NCBI GenBank assembly: GCA_944383375.1
Contig: CALWPG010000003.1
Span: 339 to 64,338, forward strand
Direction of reading: 5' to 3'
Length of the DNA stretch: 64,000 nucleotides
From: an uncultured Clostridia bacterium
Lineage (GTDB): Bacteria > Bacillota > Clostridia > Christensenellales > UBA1242
Shown: piece by piece, positions 63,411 to 64,000 of the stretch
How positions within the stretch are numbered: the first letter of the stretch is position 1
Layout of the letters: every line of letters begins with the position of its first letter
Program-made: the position numbers and the translations under genes
The notes under the pieces: generated by a model
The model's input: the letters and a program-made list of their open reading frames with translations, nothing else
The model's database searches: none
Told to the model about the DNA's origin: nothing

Positions 63411-63456
63411 TTGTAGCTCTTGTATTCTATCAAATCAAAATAACTATGTCAACTTA

Positions 63457-64000
63457 TTATTTGATGATAACTTTAAAAGTATAGTAAATTTGATACTCAC
63501 TTTCGTTAAGCGATAGTGTTATCTCCATTTCTCCATGATTAGATGTAATTATGGATACCGAGTTGCTGATATGTTCTATCTCATAGCCACCTATTGATGT
63601 GGTAACGTTTATTTTTGTCTCAATGCTTCCACTATATTCACCATTTTCACTGGTGATAGCATAAGAAAAGGCAATTTCAATATCTTTTTTGTCGCTGTCA
63701 ATTGTCAAGATGTTGTCTTCAAATGTTGCGTTGTTTAAACTCAAAAAGCTGTCACTAAACTTTATTTCATAATGATAAGGTGGTGCTTCTTCTGCTTTGG
63801 AAACTATCACAGTCAAAACATCCTTTAGTTTTGACACTTCATCTTTCACAACTATTTGATAACTTCCTTCACTAACTGCTGTCACTTTGGTGCCTTCCAC
63901 CAAAATACCTTCATCGTATTCAAGCACTATGTTGTTTAGTGCATAGCTTGGAGAAAAGGTGTAAGAAAAATCCATGCTGTCTCCCACTTCAAGTGTTATT
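63457..64000 (-). CDS. C-terminal part of a larger Ig-like (Big_2-type) repeat surface protein; N-terminus lies beyond the right window edge
   Basis: The reading frame stays open upstream of the listed GTG (..ITLEVGDSMDF..) to nt 64000. Beta-rich repeats include ..GTKVTAVSEGSYQIVVKDE..LTVIV. Confidence 0.6.
   Translation of the reverse strand, partial: ITLEVGDSMDFSYTFSPSYALNNIVLEYDEGILVEGTKVTAVSEGSYQIVVKDEVSKLKDVLTVIVSKAEEAPPYHYEIKFSDSFLSLNNATFEDNILTIDSDKKDIEIAFSYAITSENGEYSGSIETKINVTTSIGGYEIEHISNSVSIITSNHGEMEITLSLNESEYQIYYTFKVIIK

Noticed and set aside
1-64000. Alternative genetic code (TGA=Trp, as in Mollicutes)
   Set aside because: TGA terminates well-defined genes at the expected lengths (e.g. 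dnaA at 9842-9844, dnaN at 11150-11152). The only tRNA-Trp seen carries CCA.

Overview
This is an AT-rich, gene-dense chromosomal segment of Firmicutes type. It uses the standard code: TGA is a stop and tRNA-Trp carries CCA. All calls come from hand reading; GC content, skew and homology were not computed. Left third: partial VanW-like gene, SAM riboswitch plus metK, an atypical Spo0A_C-domain regulator, XRE and MazG-like genes, nrdDG behind tandem NrdR boxes, and mscS. Then dnaA-dnaN is followed on the same strand by rpmH-rnpA-yidD-yidC-jag, a HipA_C/PI3K-like kinase insert, and mnmE-mnmG-rsmG-parA-parB. This block ends in 3 perfect DnaA boxes, 3 parS sites and an AT-rich tract. Middle: cvpA, a DapB-like oxidoreductase, an ArsR regulator divergent from an unlisted 56-aa CCC-tailed peptide, tmk, spoIIE, an ABC ATPase remnant, ogt, maf and clpB. 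It continues with a ~1250-aa DUF4011-type SF1 helicase fused to a Vsr/DUF559-like nuclease, pdp, a degenerate kinase paralog, GS type III, glnS, an M18 aminopeptidase, two YugP-like Zn peptidases and tRNA-Leu with an AAG anticodon. Right third: rpmG-secE-nusG-rplKA, a heterodimeric ABC exporter inserted before rplJL, a GT4 glycosyltransferase, dnaX-ybaB-recR, a transglutaminase-like protein, tRNA-Trp and a partial Ig-like surface protein. I saw no CRISPR array, cas gene, transposase, integrase or rRNA. I do not see a convincing multi-gene undescribed system. The strongest items are: (1) dnaX is split at an A10 slippery tract, with the tau C-domain in the -1 frame. (2) An oriC-like DnaA-box/parS module lies 11 kb from dnaA, next to an unusual origin-region gene order. 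(3) A dispersed GTCATTYCGAGCG...GAGRAATCTC repeat family occupies at least five intergenic loci, brackets one gene and fills the rplA-rplJ gap. (4) The helicase-nuclease is a candidate single-gene defence of Hhe-like architecture. (5) A Spo0A_C regulator with a degenerate receiver has phased 0A boxes in its own upstream region. (6) A kinase-like gene is inserted between jag and mnmE. (7) tRNA-Leu(AAG) is a rare anticodon for bacteria.
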